Source: Thermoleophilia bacterium
GTDB lineage: Bacteria > Actinomycetota > Thermoleophilia > RBG-16-64-13
NCBI GenBank assembly: GCA_050943595.1
Contig: JBMNPM010000001.1
Coordinates: forward strand, 877-64,876
Length of the DNA: 64,000 bases
Reading direction: 5' to 3'
This document shows positions 53,289-60,472 of the stretch, piece after piece. The notes beneath the pieces are model-generated. The model did not search any database, had not been told where the DNA came from, and saw only the letters and a program-made list of their open reading frames with translations. The stretch's first letter is position 1. Each line of letters opens with the position of its first letter. The translations under genes and the position numbers were made by a program.

Positions 53289-54251
53289 TTGCTAGATTCT
53301 GCGACCCCGCATAGTACCTATGAACCGGTTGGTGAGAACCGAGGCCGTTTCATAGTTGAGCCGCTGGCCCGCGGCTTCGGGTATACCTTTGGCAACTCAC
53401 TCCGGCGGGTGTTGCTGTCCTCGCTGGAGGGGGTAGCAATCTCGGCGGTCAAGGTCACAGGTGTCGAGCACGAGTTCTCGACCGTCCCGCACGTAAAGGA
53501 GGATGTGGCAGATATCATCCTCAACTTGAAGAAAATTGTGTTTGTCCTGCATGGAGAGGCCGACGAGCACGAGATCGAGTTGGTCGGTGAGGGTCCGCGG
53601 GTCGTGACCGCCGGCGACATCCGACTTCCCGGCAATGTGGAAGTGGTCAATCCGGACGCCTATATCGCCAGCCTCGAAGACGGTGGACGGCTGGAGATGC
53701 GTCTCACGGTTCGCCGTGGTCGCGGCTACGCTTCCGGAGATGAGAACAAGAGATCGGAGACGGTCCTGGGTGTCATTCCAACTGACTCCATCTTCTCACC
53801 AGTCACCAGGGTGGCCTACAGTGTCGAGGCGGCCCGCGTAGGCCAGCGCACTGATTTCGATAAGCTGACGCTTGAAGTGGAGACCGATGGTTCGATCGAG
53901 CCGTCGGTAGCCGTCAGCAGGGCGGCTGCTCTACTTCGCGACGAACTGGCCATCTTCATTACGGAGGAGTCTTGTGATGATAGCCACTCACTCGATCGGC
54001 TCGACGAAGACATCGTAGAGGTGCACTCCGATGAGGACGACGACTACGGCCGGGACGACACTCCTATCGAGGAGCTGGAGTTGGGGGTGCGGTCGTACAA
54101 TTGTCTCAAGCGGGAGGGTGTCGACACTGTCGGTGACCTGCTGCGCAAGTCCGACCAGGAGCTCATGTGTATTCCGAATTTTGGACGGAAGAGCATAGAA
54201 GAGGTACGTGAGCGCCTGGCTTTGAACAACCTGAAGCTAAGGGGAGAATAG
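53289..54251 (+). CDS. rpoA: DNA-directed RNA polymerase subunit alpha
   Basis: GRFIVEPLARGFGYTFGNSLRRVLLSS. Acidic linker. C-terminal domain LELGVRSYNCLKREGVDTVGDLL...IPNFGRKSIEEV. TTG start. Confidence 0.97.
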   Translation: MLDSATPHSTYEPVGENRGRFIVEPLARGFGYTFGNSLRRVLLSSLEGVAISAVKVTGVEHEFSTVPHVKEDVADIILNLKKIVFVLHGEADEHEIELVGEGPRVVTAGDIRLPGNVEVVNPDAYIASLEDGGRLEMRLTVRRGRGYASGDENKRSETVLGVIPTDSIFSPVTRVAYSVEAARVGQRTDFDKLTLEVETDGSIEPSVAVSRAAALLRDELAIFITEESCDDSHSLDRLDEDIVEVHSDEDDDYGRDDTPIEELELGVRSYNCLKREGVDTVGDLLRKSDQELMCIPNFGRKSIEEVRERLALNNLKLRGE

Positions 54252-54252
54252 A

Positions 54253-54603
54253 GTGAGGCATCGGAGAAAAGGAAGACGGCTCGGCATGCAGCCGGATCAT
54301 CGCCGGCAGATGCTGGCTAATCTTGCCTGCTCGGTGCTTGAGCATGGACGCATCAAGACGACCGAGGCGCGGGCGAAAGAGGTTAAGCCCTTGGTCGAGA
54401 AGGTCATCACTATGGGTAAAGCGGGAGATCTCAATTCGCGGCGTATTGCTATCAGCCAACTGCGCAACAAGCAGATCACATACAAGCTGTTCAATGAGAT
54501 CGGACCGAAGTACGCGGACCGCCCCGGGGGGTATACACGTATTACGCGTTTGGGCCCCCGCCAGGGCGACGCTGCTGAGATGGTCTACCTGGAATTGGTA
54601 TAG
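54253..54603 (+). CDS. rplQ: 50S ribosomal protein L17
   Basis: MRHRRKGRRLGMQPDHRRQMLANL...IKTTEARAKEV. Confidence 0.97.
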   Translation: MRHRRKGRRLGMQPDHRRQMLANLACSVLEHGRIKTTEARAKEVKPLVEKVITMGKAGDLNSRRIAISQLRNKQITYKLFNEIGPKYADRPGGYTRITRLGPRQGDAAEMVYLELV

Positions 54604-54666
54604 ATTGCCAGGGCCGCCGGGGCGGGTCTGCCGGGGCGGCGGTGCTGTATAGGGCTGTGGATGGAG

Positions 54667-54707
54667 AGGCCGGGAGGCTGATATCGCTCCCGGCCTTTCT
54701 CTTCTCT
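54667..54707 (+). terminator. Intrinsic terminator after rplQ (end of alpha operon)
   Basis: AGGCCGGGAG (54667-54676) pairs with CTCCCGGCCT (54687-54696), 10-nt loop, then TTCTCTTCTCT. Confidence 0.7.
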
Positions 54708-54712
54708 GAAGA

Positions 54713-55480
54713 ATGATGGACGAGCACACATACTGTTTGGAGCTGCAATACGACGGGACCGGTCTGCATGGTTGGGCTAAGCAACCGGGCCGTCTCACCG
54801 TCGAGGGTAGTCTGGAGAAGGCGTTTGCTACGATTTTGGGGAGCGCACCCCTCCTGCGTGTGGCGGGGCGCACCGATGCCGGGGTCCACGCACGAAGGCA
54901 GGTGGCCAGTCTCTCTCTCCCGGCCGACACGGATGCGGGCCGGGTGCTGCGGTCTCTCAATGCGCTTACGCCGGCAGGGATCGCAGTCACCCGGCTGGAC
55001 CGGACATGGACGGGTTTCGATGCACGCAGGGACGCCGATAGCCGCAGCTATCGCTACTTCCTTCAGGTTGGTGGGGTGGAGTCACCGTTCACATCACGCT
55101 ACTCTTGGCATGTGAAGGCCCCTTTGCACCTGGACTTGATGCGTCGGGCGGCTGCGTTGACGGAAGGCCGTCACGACTTCACAGCTTTTACACCTGCGGA
55201 GACCGAGCACGTGTTCTTCCATCGAATGGTGCTGCGCTGCAGGTGGGGCCGGTGGGGCTCGGATCGGCTCGTCCTTCATATCGAAGCCGACACCTTCCTG
55301 CGCCATATGGTGCGGAGCTTGGTGGGCACTATGGTGGAGATAGGCTTGGGCCGTAGGACGTTGGCCGACTGGGAGCGCCTGCTGACGGGAGGCTTTCGGC
55401 ATGAGGCGGGGCGCTCTGCGCCGCCACGAGGTCTGTTTCTGTGGGATGTGCGGTATCCGCAGCGTGAGGTAGGGCACTAG
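54713..55480 (+). CDS. truA: tRNA pseudouridine(38-40) synthase TruA
   Basis: CLELQYDGTGLHGWAKQPG...VAGRTDAGVHARRQV (catalytic Asp). Conserved position after rplQ. Confidence 0.93.
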   Translation: MMDEHTYCLELQYDGTGLHGWAKQPGRLTVEGSLEKAFATILGSAPLLRVAGRTDAGVHARRQVASLSLPADTDAGRVLRSLNALTPAGIAVTRLDRTWTGFDARRDADSRSYRYFLQVGGVESPFTSRYSWHVKAPLHLDLMRRAAALTEGRHDFTAFTPAETEHVFFHRMVLRCRWGRWGSDRLVLHIEADTFLRHMVRSLVGTMVEIGLGRRTLADWERLLTGGFRHEAGRSAPPRGLFLWDVRYPQREVGH

Positions 55481-55560
55481 TGTGACTAGCGCGGTAAAGC
55501 AGCACGATGCGCCGCAGTTCTTGAACGGGATCGTCCGTTCGATCGGGTGAGGGGGTCGAA

Positions 55561-55942
55561 GTGATGGGAAGATTTTCAAAGCCGACACGTGATGAGTGGG
55601 TTGCTCTGGCGGCCAAGGAGCTCAAAGGTGGGTCATTTAAGGAGCTGGGCTGACAGACCTCGGAAGGGATCGACTTACAGATCTTCTATACCGCAGCAGA
55701 CTGCGTGGGTCTAGGATACGTGGACTCCCTTTCGGGGCTGCCGCTGTATGTGCGCGGTCCTCGGGCCACCATGTACGCCGGTGGATTTCGAGGTGGACGA
55801 TATCGAGGCCGCCGTGCAAAAGCTTAGTGCGGAGGGGGCTCGTATCCTGGGGAAGGCCAAGACCGGTGCTCACGGCAAACCGGTTGTATTTGTGCATCCG
55901 TTGGACTTCCTGGGGACGCTCATAGGGCTCGAGCAGGTTTGA
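55561..55942 (+). pseudogene. Relic: N-terminal fragment of a methylmalonyl-CoA mutase-type gene (with in-frame TGA) fused by deletion to the C-terminal fragment of a methylmalonyl-CoA epimerase (glyoxalase-fold) gene
   Basis: Frame A reads RDEWVALAAKELKGGSFKELG*QTSEGIDLQIFYTAAD...GLPLYVRGPRATMYA, with TGA at 55651-55653. From about 55778, in the +1 frame, it reads VDFEVDDIEAAVQKLSAEGARILGKAKTGAHGKPVVFVHPLDFLGTLIGLEQV*. Confidence 0.65.
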
Positions 55943-56049
55943 GGAGTACCGGGTTGACGGCTTATGGTCTCCTATGGAGAAGGGCCGCCGGGATCTACAC
56001 AGATCCCGGCGGCCCTCGTGCCGTCCGCGGCTATGAACTGCAGCAGGGT

Positions 56050-56865
56050 CTACTTTTGGAGGAAGATCACACCAAGGTTGATGCTTTCCTTTAAGTCGAC
56101 TTTCTGTACCAGGTCCTTGTAGCCGCCGGCCGTCACGGTCACCTCATATGCGCCCGGATCCAGCTTGTCGAACCTGAAGTCACCGTAGTTGGTCGTCTTC
56201 GCTTCGGCTATCTTCGTGCCGTTCTGAGACAGAGTGACGGCTGCACCCTCCGCGCATTCATCGGTGTCCTTGTAGGCGACAGTGCCGGCGATGAACGACT
56301 TGGTCCACTTGTAGAGGTTCTTGTACAGCACACGGGGCTTGGTGCCTAGCTCAGGTAGATAGGCCTCCAGGCCCTCCTCGGCCACGTTGCCGTCATCGGT
56401 GAGGACCAGCTTGATGGCGCCGGTGGGGCACACCTGCGAGCAGCGGGTCTCCGTCCAACCTTCGTCGATGAGGTGGGCGCAGCCGGTGCACTTCTGTGCG
56501 ACCTGTCTCTCCTCGTTCCAATAGATGACACCGTAGGGACAGCTATCCAAGATCTCCTTCTTGCCCTTGGCCTTTTCGGGGTCGATGATGACCAGGCCGT
56601 CATCCCGCTTGTAGACGGCGCCATCGGCGGTGAGACAGGGGGCTTCGTCACAGTGCATGCAGGGCGTGGGAAGATAGGCCACGTCGATAAGCGGGTACTG
56701 GCCGCGCTCCTTGCGCTCGATGTTCATCCAGCGGGCGCCTTCCCACGGCTGAGCAACAGAGTATGGGAGGAAGTCGTTGCCCGTGAACTCGTCCTTGTCG
56801 GACAAGAAACAGTTATTGCAGTCGTTGCACAGGGCAACGTCGATCACCAGGTTCCATTTCTTCAT
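56050..56865 (-). CDS. Transhydroxylase-like small (beta) FeS subunit, paralog 2
   Basis: MKKWNLVIDVALCNDCNNCFLSD... Close to paralog 3 and to the Pelobacter BthL sequence as I recall it. ATG 56865-56863 overlaps the alpha2 stop (ATGA). The ORF-track start 56880 lies inside alpha2. Confidence 0.88.
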   Translation of the reverse strand: MKKWNLVIDVALCNDCNNCFLSDKDEFTGNDFLPYSVAQPWEGARWMNIERKERGQYPLIDVAYLPTPCMHCDEAPCLTADGAVYKRDDGLVIIDPEKAKGKKEILDSCPYGVIYWNEERQVAQKCTGCAHLIDEGWTETRCSQVCPTGAIKLVLTDDGNVAEEGLEAYLPELGTKPRVLYKNLYKWTKSFIAGTVAYKDTDECAEGAAVTLSQNGTKIAEAKTTNYGDFRFDKLDPGAYEVTVTAGGYKDLVQKVDLKESINLGVIFLQK

Positions 56866-59492
56866 TTGGCACCATCCCATTTCTCAACCTGTAGTAAGCA
56901 CGAGCCGTTGGACATCCCCTGAGAGGTGGGAGTTATGTACCGGATGTTGGTTAGGATATTGATGCATCCGCCTTGGTCGGGTGATTCACCCGGTGTGCCG
57001 ATCGGATCGTACTCTGCACAAGACTCGTAGCTGTGCACCGTGCCTTGGGGGAGGCGCTCCGTCAACTGGGCGGCTAAGATAACAGATCCCCGGTCGTTGT
57101 AGGCACGGATGAGGTCATTGTTCTTGATGCCGCGTTCTTCCGCGTCTTTCGTGTTGAGGCGCATGACCCAGTAGTAGTGACCGCCCACGAGAACGCGGTG
57201 ATCCTTGACCTGGTTCATCCAGCTTTCCTTGCCGTCACCCATGGTGTGGAAGCTGAAGCGCGGATGTGGGGAGACCATGGCCAGCGGGTACTTCTCGAAG
57301 AGCTCTGTGGTGTGGTGACCCTCCCAGCTGGGGATATAGGTCGGGCCGAGCGGCGGGCGCTCGGGGTCCTCTTTGCCTTCGGACGCATAGAAGTTCTTCA
57401 GGCTATTGGACACGAACTCAATCTTACCTGACTGGGTTTGCAGGCCCTTGAGGCCGATCTGCTCGTTGGGGGCCGGACCCCAGTCCGGTGTGTCGCGCAC
57501 CCGGTCTTCAGCAAACCAGCGCAGGGCAGTAGTGTTGTAGAGATCATCACTCGTTTTGTTCTTCGGAGGGGGAATCACGAAGTAGCCCTTCTCGAAGAAC
57601 TCATCCCACGTGATGAGCTCGGAGATGTCCGAGGCATGGAACACCTGCTTCACCCAATCCAGGTCGGTTTTACCTCCCTGCGTGAAGAGCTCGCCGATGC
57701 CCAGACGCTCGCAGATAGCAGCAAAGATATCGTAGTCGGACTTGCTCTCACCCAGCGGCTCGATGCACTTCTTCTGGAGCGAGACGATGCGGTTGTTGCA
57801 CTGGTCGAACGAGTCGGCGCCGTAGCCGCCCATGCTGGCGAACTCGCTGATGTCCCAGCGCTCGAAGTTCGTGCAGGCGGGTAGGATGATGTCGGCCAGT
57901 TGGGCTTCACCCTCGAACCAGATGACCTGGGAGACGGCAAACTCAAGTTTGGGCTGGCGATAAGCTTTGACGTACCGGTTGGTCTGAGTCATGGTGCCGA
58001 TGAACGACGCGCCGTAGCGCCACAGCATGCGGATGAAGCCATAACCGGGGGCCGGATACTCATACTTCTGGAACTGGCTCTGGATGGTGGCGGCGCAGAA
58101 GCCTTTGCCTCTGTGCTCGAAGCGCTCATGCATGAGCGCTTCCGGAAGGCGGAGACGCGGTACCATCTGGCCCTCAGTGGAGTCATGAGGGTTGCTGGTG
58201 GGGCCGGCGTTGGCCGTGGCACCTTCTTTACCCTGCCACATCTGGGCTCCCCAGCGGTAGAATGAACCGGATTTTGCCGGGTCACCGCTGATCGCGCCTT
58301 CACCGTAGCCGGGGAAGGTGATGTTGTAGTCGGCGGGGGACCCTTGGCAGGTTCCCCACAGGTTGATGCCCGGCTTACCAAGACCCTGCATGGTGATGAG
58401 GGCTATCATGGTGCGGGCCCACTCATTGCCGGTTGCGGAACGGCCTGCTCCACCCCATCCACCGAGAGAACCGGCCGCCAGCATAGTTTTCTTGGAGCCC
58501 CACTCGCGGGCGAACGCACGGATATCCCGGGCCGGGATGCGGCACTCATTCTCGGCCCACTCAGGTGTCTTGGGGACTCCATCGCTTTCGCCGAGCACGT
58601 AGGCTTTCCACTCACCAAAGCCGTGGGTACGGGTTTCTACATATTCCTTGTCGTACAGGTCTTCGGTGAGCCAGGTGTAGGCTATGCCCAAACCAAAGGC
58701 CACGTCTGTGCCCATACGGGGAGAGAACCACTTGTCGGCTATGAGACCGGCGGTGTGATTGTAGTACGGGTCGACAAAGACCATCTTGACACCCAGCTCT
58801 TTGAGCCAGAGACGACGCACTGTGCTCTCGAAGGCCGAGTAAATACCGCCGCCTGTGGTGTCGGGGTCGGCGGACCAGAAGACGATCATGTCGGTATGCT
58901 TGAGGGCGTCCTCGAGCAGACCGTACTGTTCGGGGATTCCGTTGCGGTGGCTAAAGCCCCACATGTGCATCCCGCCCCAGTGCCAACCTTCCCAGCTGTC
59001 AGGGTTGTGGGTGCCCCATACCATGCCAACCAGATTGGACCAGCGGACGTAGGCGCTGTGCCGGTAGCCAACGATCCCCCAAAGATGATGGGAGCCGCAG
59101 GTGGTGAGCATGGTACCCGGCCCGTAGGTTCGCTTGATGCGTTTGATCTCACTGCAACAGATGTCCAGAGCCTCGTCCCAGCTTATCGGCTCGTATCCGG
59201 ACGTACCGCGATTCTGGGGGTTGCGCTCCCCATTAGGATCGAAGTCCACTCGTTTGAGCGGAGTGAGGACCCTCTTCGGCGAATAGATCATCGACTTGTG
59301 ACCGGCCGTATAGGGTGCCACGGTCGTCCGTCGCGGGGGAGTGAACTTCTTCCCGCGCGCCTCAATACACCAAGACTCTGCGTCGTTGTTGTCTAGATCC
59401 ATGGGGTAGATTCGGATGATTTTCCCGTCTTTTATGTCGACAAAGACGGGCCCCCCGGTGGTGCTGTTGGTTAGTGTTTCGACTTTGCCCAT
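56862..59492 (-). CDS. Pyrogallol-phloroglucinol transhydroxylase-like molybdopterin enzyme, large (alpha) subunit, paralog 2
   Basis: 876 aa; MGKVETLTNSTTGGPVFVDIKDGKIIRIYPMD, GSHHLWG, NPDSWEGWHWGGMHMWGF, SPHPRFSFHT, IRAYNDRGSVILAAQ. No FeS Cys cluster and no Tat leader. RBS GAAGGAGG upstream. Confidence 0.9.
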   Translation of the reverse strand: MGKVETLTNSTTGGPVFVDIKDGKIIRIYPMDLDNNDAESWCIEARGKKFTPPRRTTVAPYTAGHKSMIYSPKRVLTPLKRVDFDPNGERNPQNRGTSGYEPISWDEALDICCSEIKRIKRTYGPGTMLTTCGSHHLWGIVGYRHSAYVRWSNLVGMVWGTHNPDSWEGWHWGGMHMWGFSHRNGIPEQYGLLEDALKHTDMIVFWSADPDTTGGGIYSAFESTVRRLWLKELGVKMVFVDPYYNHTAGLIADKWFSPRMGTDVAFGLGIAYTWLTEDLYDKEYVETRTHGFGEWKAYVLGESDGVPKTPEWAENECRIPARDIRAFAREWGSKKTMLAAGSLGGWGGAGRSATGNEWARTMIALITMQGLGKPGINLWGTCQGSPADYNITFPGYGEGAISGDPAKSGSFYRWGAQMWQGKEGATANAGPTSNPHDSTEGQMVPRLRLPEALMHERFEHRGKGFCAATIQSQFQKYEYPAPGYGFIRMLWRYGASFIGTMTQTNRYVKAYRQPKLEFAVSQVIWFEGEAQLADIILPACTNFERWDISEFASMGGYGADSFDQCNNRIVSLQKKCIEPLGESKSDYDIFAAICERLGIGELFTQGGKTDLDWVKQVFHASDISELITWDEFFEKGYFVIPPPKNKTSDDLYNTTALRWFAEDRVRDTPDWGPAPNEQIGLKGLQTQSGKIEFVSNSLKNFYASEGKEDPERPPLGPTYIPSWEGHHTTELFEKYPLAMVSPHPRFSFHTMGDGKESWMNQVKDHRVLVGGHYYWVMRLNTKDAEERGIKNNDLIRAYNDRGSVILAAQLTERLPQGTVHSYESCAEYDPIGTPGESPDQGGCINILTNIRYITPTSQGMSNGSCLLQVEKWDGAK

Positions 59493-59530
59493 TCGTAGAG
59501 CCTCCTTCTCAAATTTGGGCGTTATCCCAA

Positions 59531-59559
59531 AGTGTAGTACGGATAACTGGTGAGCGCAA
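59531..59559 (-). promoter_or_regulatory. Candidate promoter for the alpha2/beta2 operon
   Basis: On the minus strand: TTGCGC (59559-59554), 17-nt spacer, TACACT (59536-59531), about 40 nt upstream of the alpha2 ATG. Confidence 0.4.
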
Positions 59560-59606
59560 GGTAGGTTCCTCGACCCTGTGTTCTCGGTCGGCTGTGTTGA
59601 AAAGGG

Positions 59607-59635
59607 TTGACAAGTTGCCGGTTACCAGGTAAGTT
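59607..59635 (+). promoter_or_regulatory. Promoter-like 29-mer TTGACAA-N13-CAGGTAAGTT (copy A), plus-strand orientation
   Basis: TTGACA, 17-nt spacer, TAAGTT. 21/29 positions are identical to copy B at 60323-60351 by hand alignment. Confidence 0.4.
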
Positions 59636-59870
59636 AGCAGCGATTCCAGATGAGGCCCCGTGGCCCTCCTCGGGCAGTAGTAGCCATTGAAGGCCAATAC
59701 CCCCGCTTCTGCCGAGGCGATGTGTCGTGAGACGGACATTAGTCAGGCCAAAGGTGGTTGTCACAACGGGGCCCGGTTAGGTGTCAGGCGTATAGACGGT
59801 CTTATGGGTTAGCTGCGGCATCAGGTGCTTTCGCTCCCTTTCAGGCCTGAGGTCGATAAGATCCGTTCCG

Positions 59871-60007
59871 CACTGGCCGTGACCGTGATCGCGGCCAGTG
59901 GAAGCAACGAGGGTTCCCCCACCCTCGTTTGGGAATGATACCGGACCGGACACAAGCCGGCACCTTATGATCGCAGTCGCAGGCTCGTCGGTGCCTGCGA
60001 CTGCGAT
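59871..60007. other. Cluster of three perfect stem-loops in the spacer between the divergent operons (candidate structured RNA or operator set)
   Basis: 9-bp arms at 59871-59879 / 59892-59900. 9-bp arms at 59906-59914 / 59921-59929. 15-bp arms ATCGCAGTCGCAGGC (59970-59984) and GCCTGCGACTGCGAT (59993-60007). Confidence 0.5.
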
Positions 60008-60322
60008 TACTTCTTTTGGAGGTCGTAGAGCGTAGGGGGAGACTCTGGATCCCGCCGCGTGATCGCGTCGTGCCATAAGGGCGTGTCTCTTCTCTTCTAT
60101 CGCACCCTACGTGGAGGTTCATCCACCGAAGGCTCGTGATTTTAAGATCTTACGTAGGGACATGGGGTTCTGCTCACGTTACGCCGTCTCTCTCCCCAAG
60201 GTGTTTCGGGTGGGCGGTCCCATGTCCCGCGCATTTCTCCCGCGGCCACTCTCTTGTACTCATGGTCGATTGGCAGTGTTTGATGAGGGCATGTCCAGTT
60301 GATCGCGGGGACGGTACTTTGA

Positions 60323-60351
60323 TTGACAAACTGGTGTGCAGCAGGTAAGTT
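60323..60351 (+). promoter_or_regulatory. Candidate promoter of the alpha3/beta3 operon (copy B of the 29-mer)
   Basis: TTGACA (60323-60328), 17-nt spacer, TAAGTT (60346-60351), about 120 nt upstream of ATG 60473. Confidence 0.5.
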
Positions 60352-60472
60352 CGATACTATGCGGCTTTACCTTAGCTTGTGGTCACTTAGTGCCACAAAA
60401 TGCTTCACCTAGACCCCTGAGCGCCGCTGCAGGGATCGGGGGGAATCAAGACATGGATATGAGGAGGGACAT

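Noticed and set aside
54609-54640. Direct repeat GCCGGGGCGG x2 between rplQ and truA
   Set aside because: It is a short GC-rich repeat adjacent to the real terminator (54667-54707). It is most simply low-complexity GC sequence, with no further copies or structure noticed.
59777-60076. 99-aa minus-strand ORF in the spacer between the divergent Mo-enzyme operons, considered as a small accessory or chaperone gene
   Set aside because: It has no Shine-Dalgarno sequence upstream of its ATG and no family resemblance. Three perfect stem-loops (including a 15-bp palindrome) lie inside it. It is more likely non-coding, though not fully excluded.
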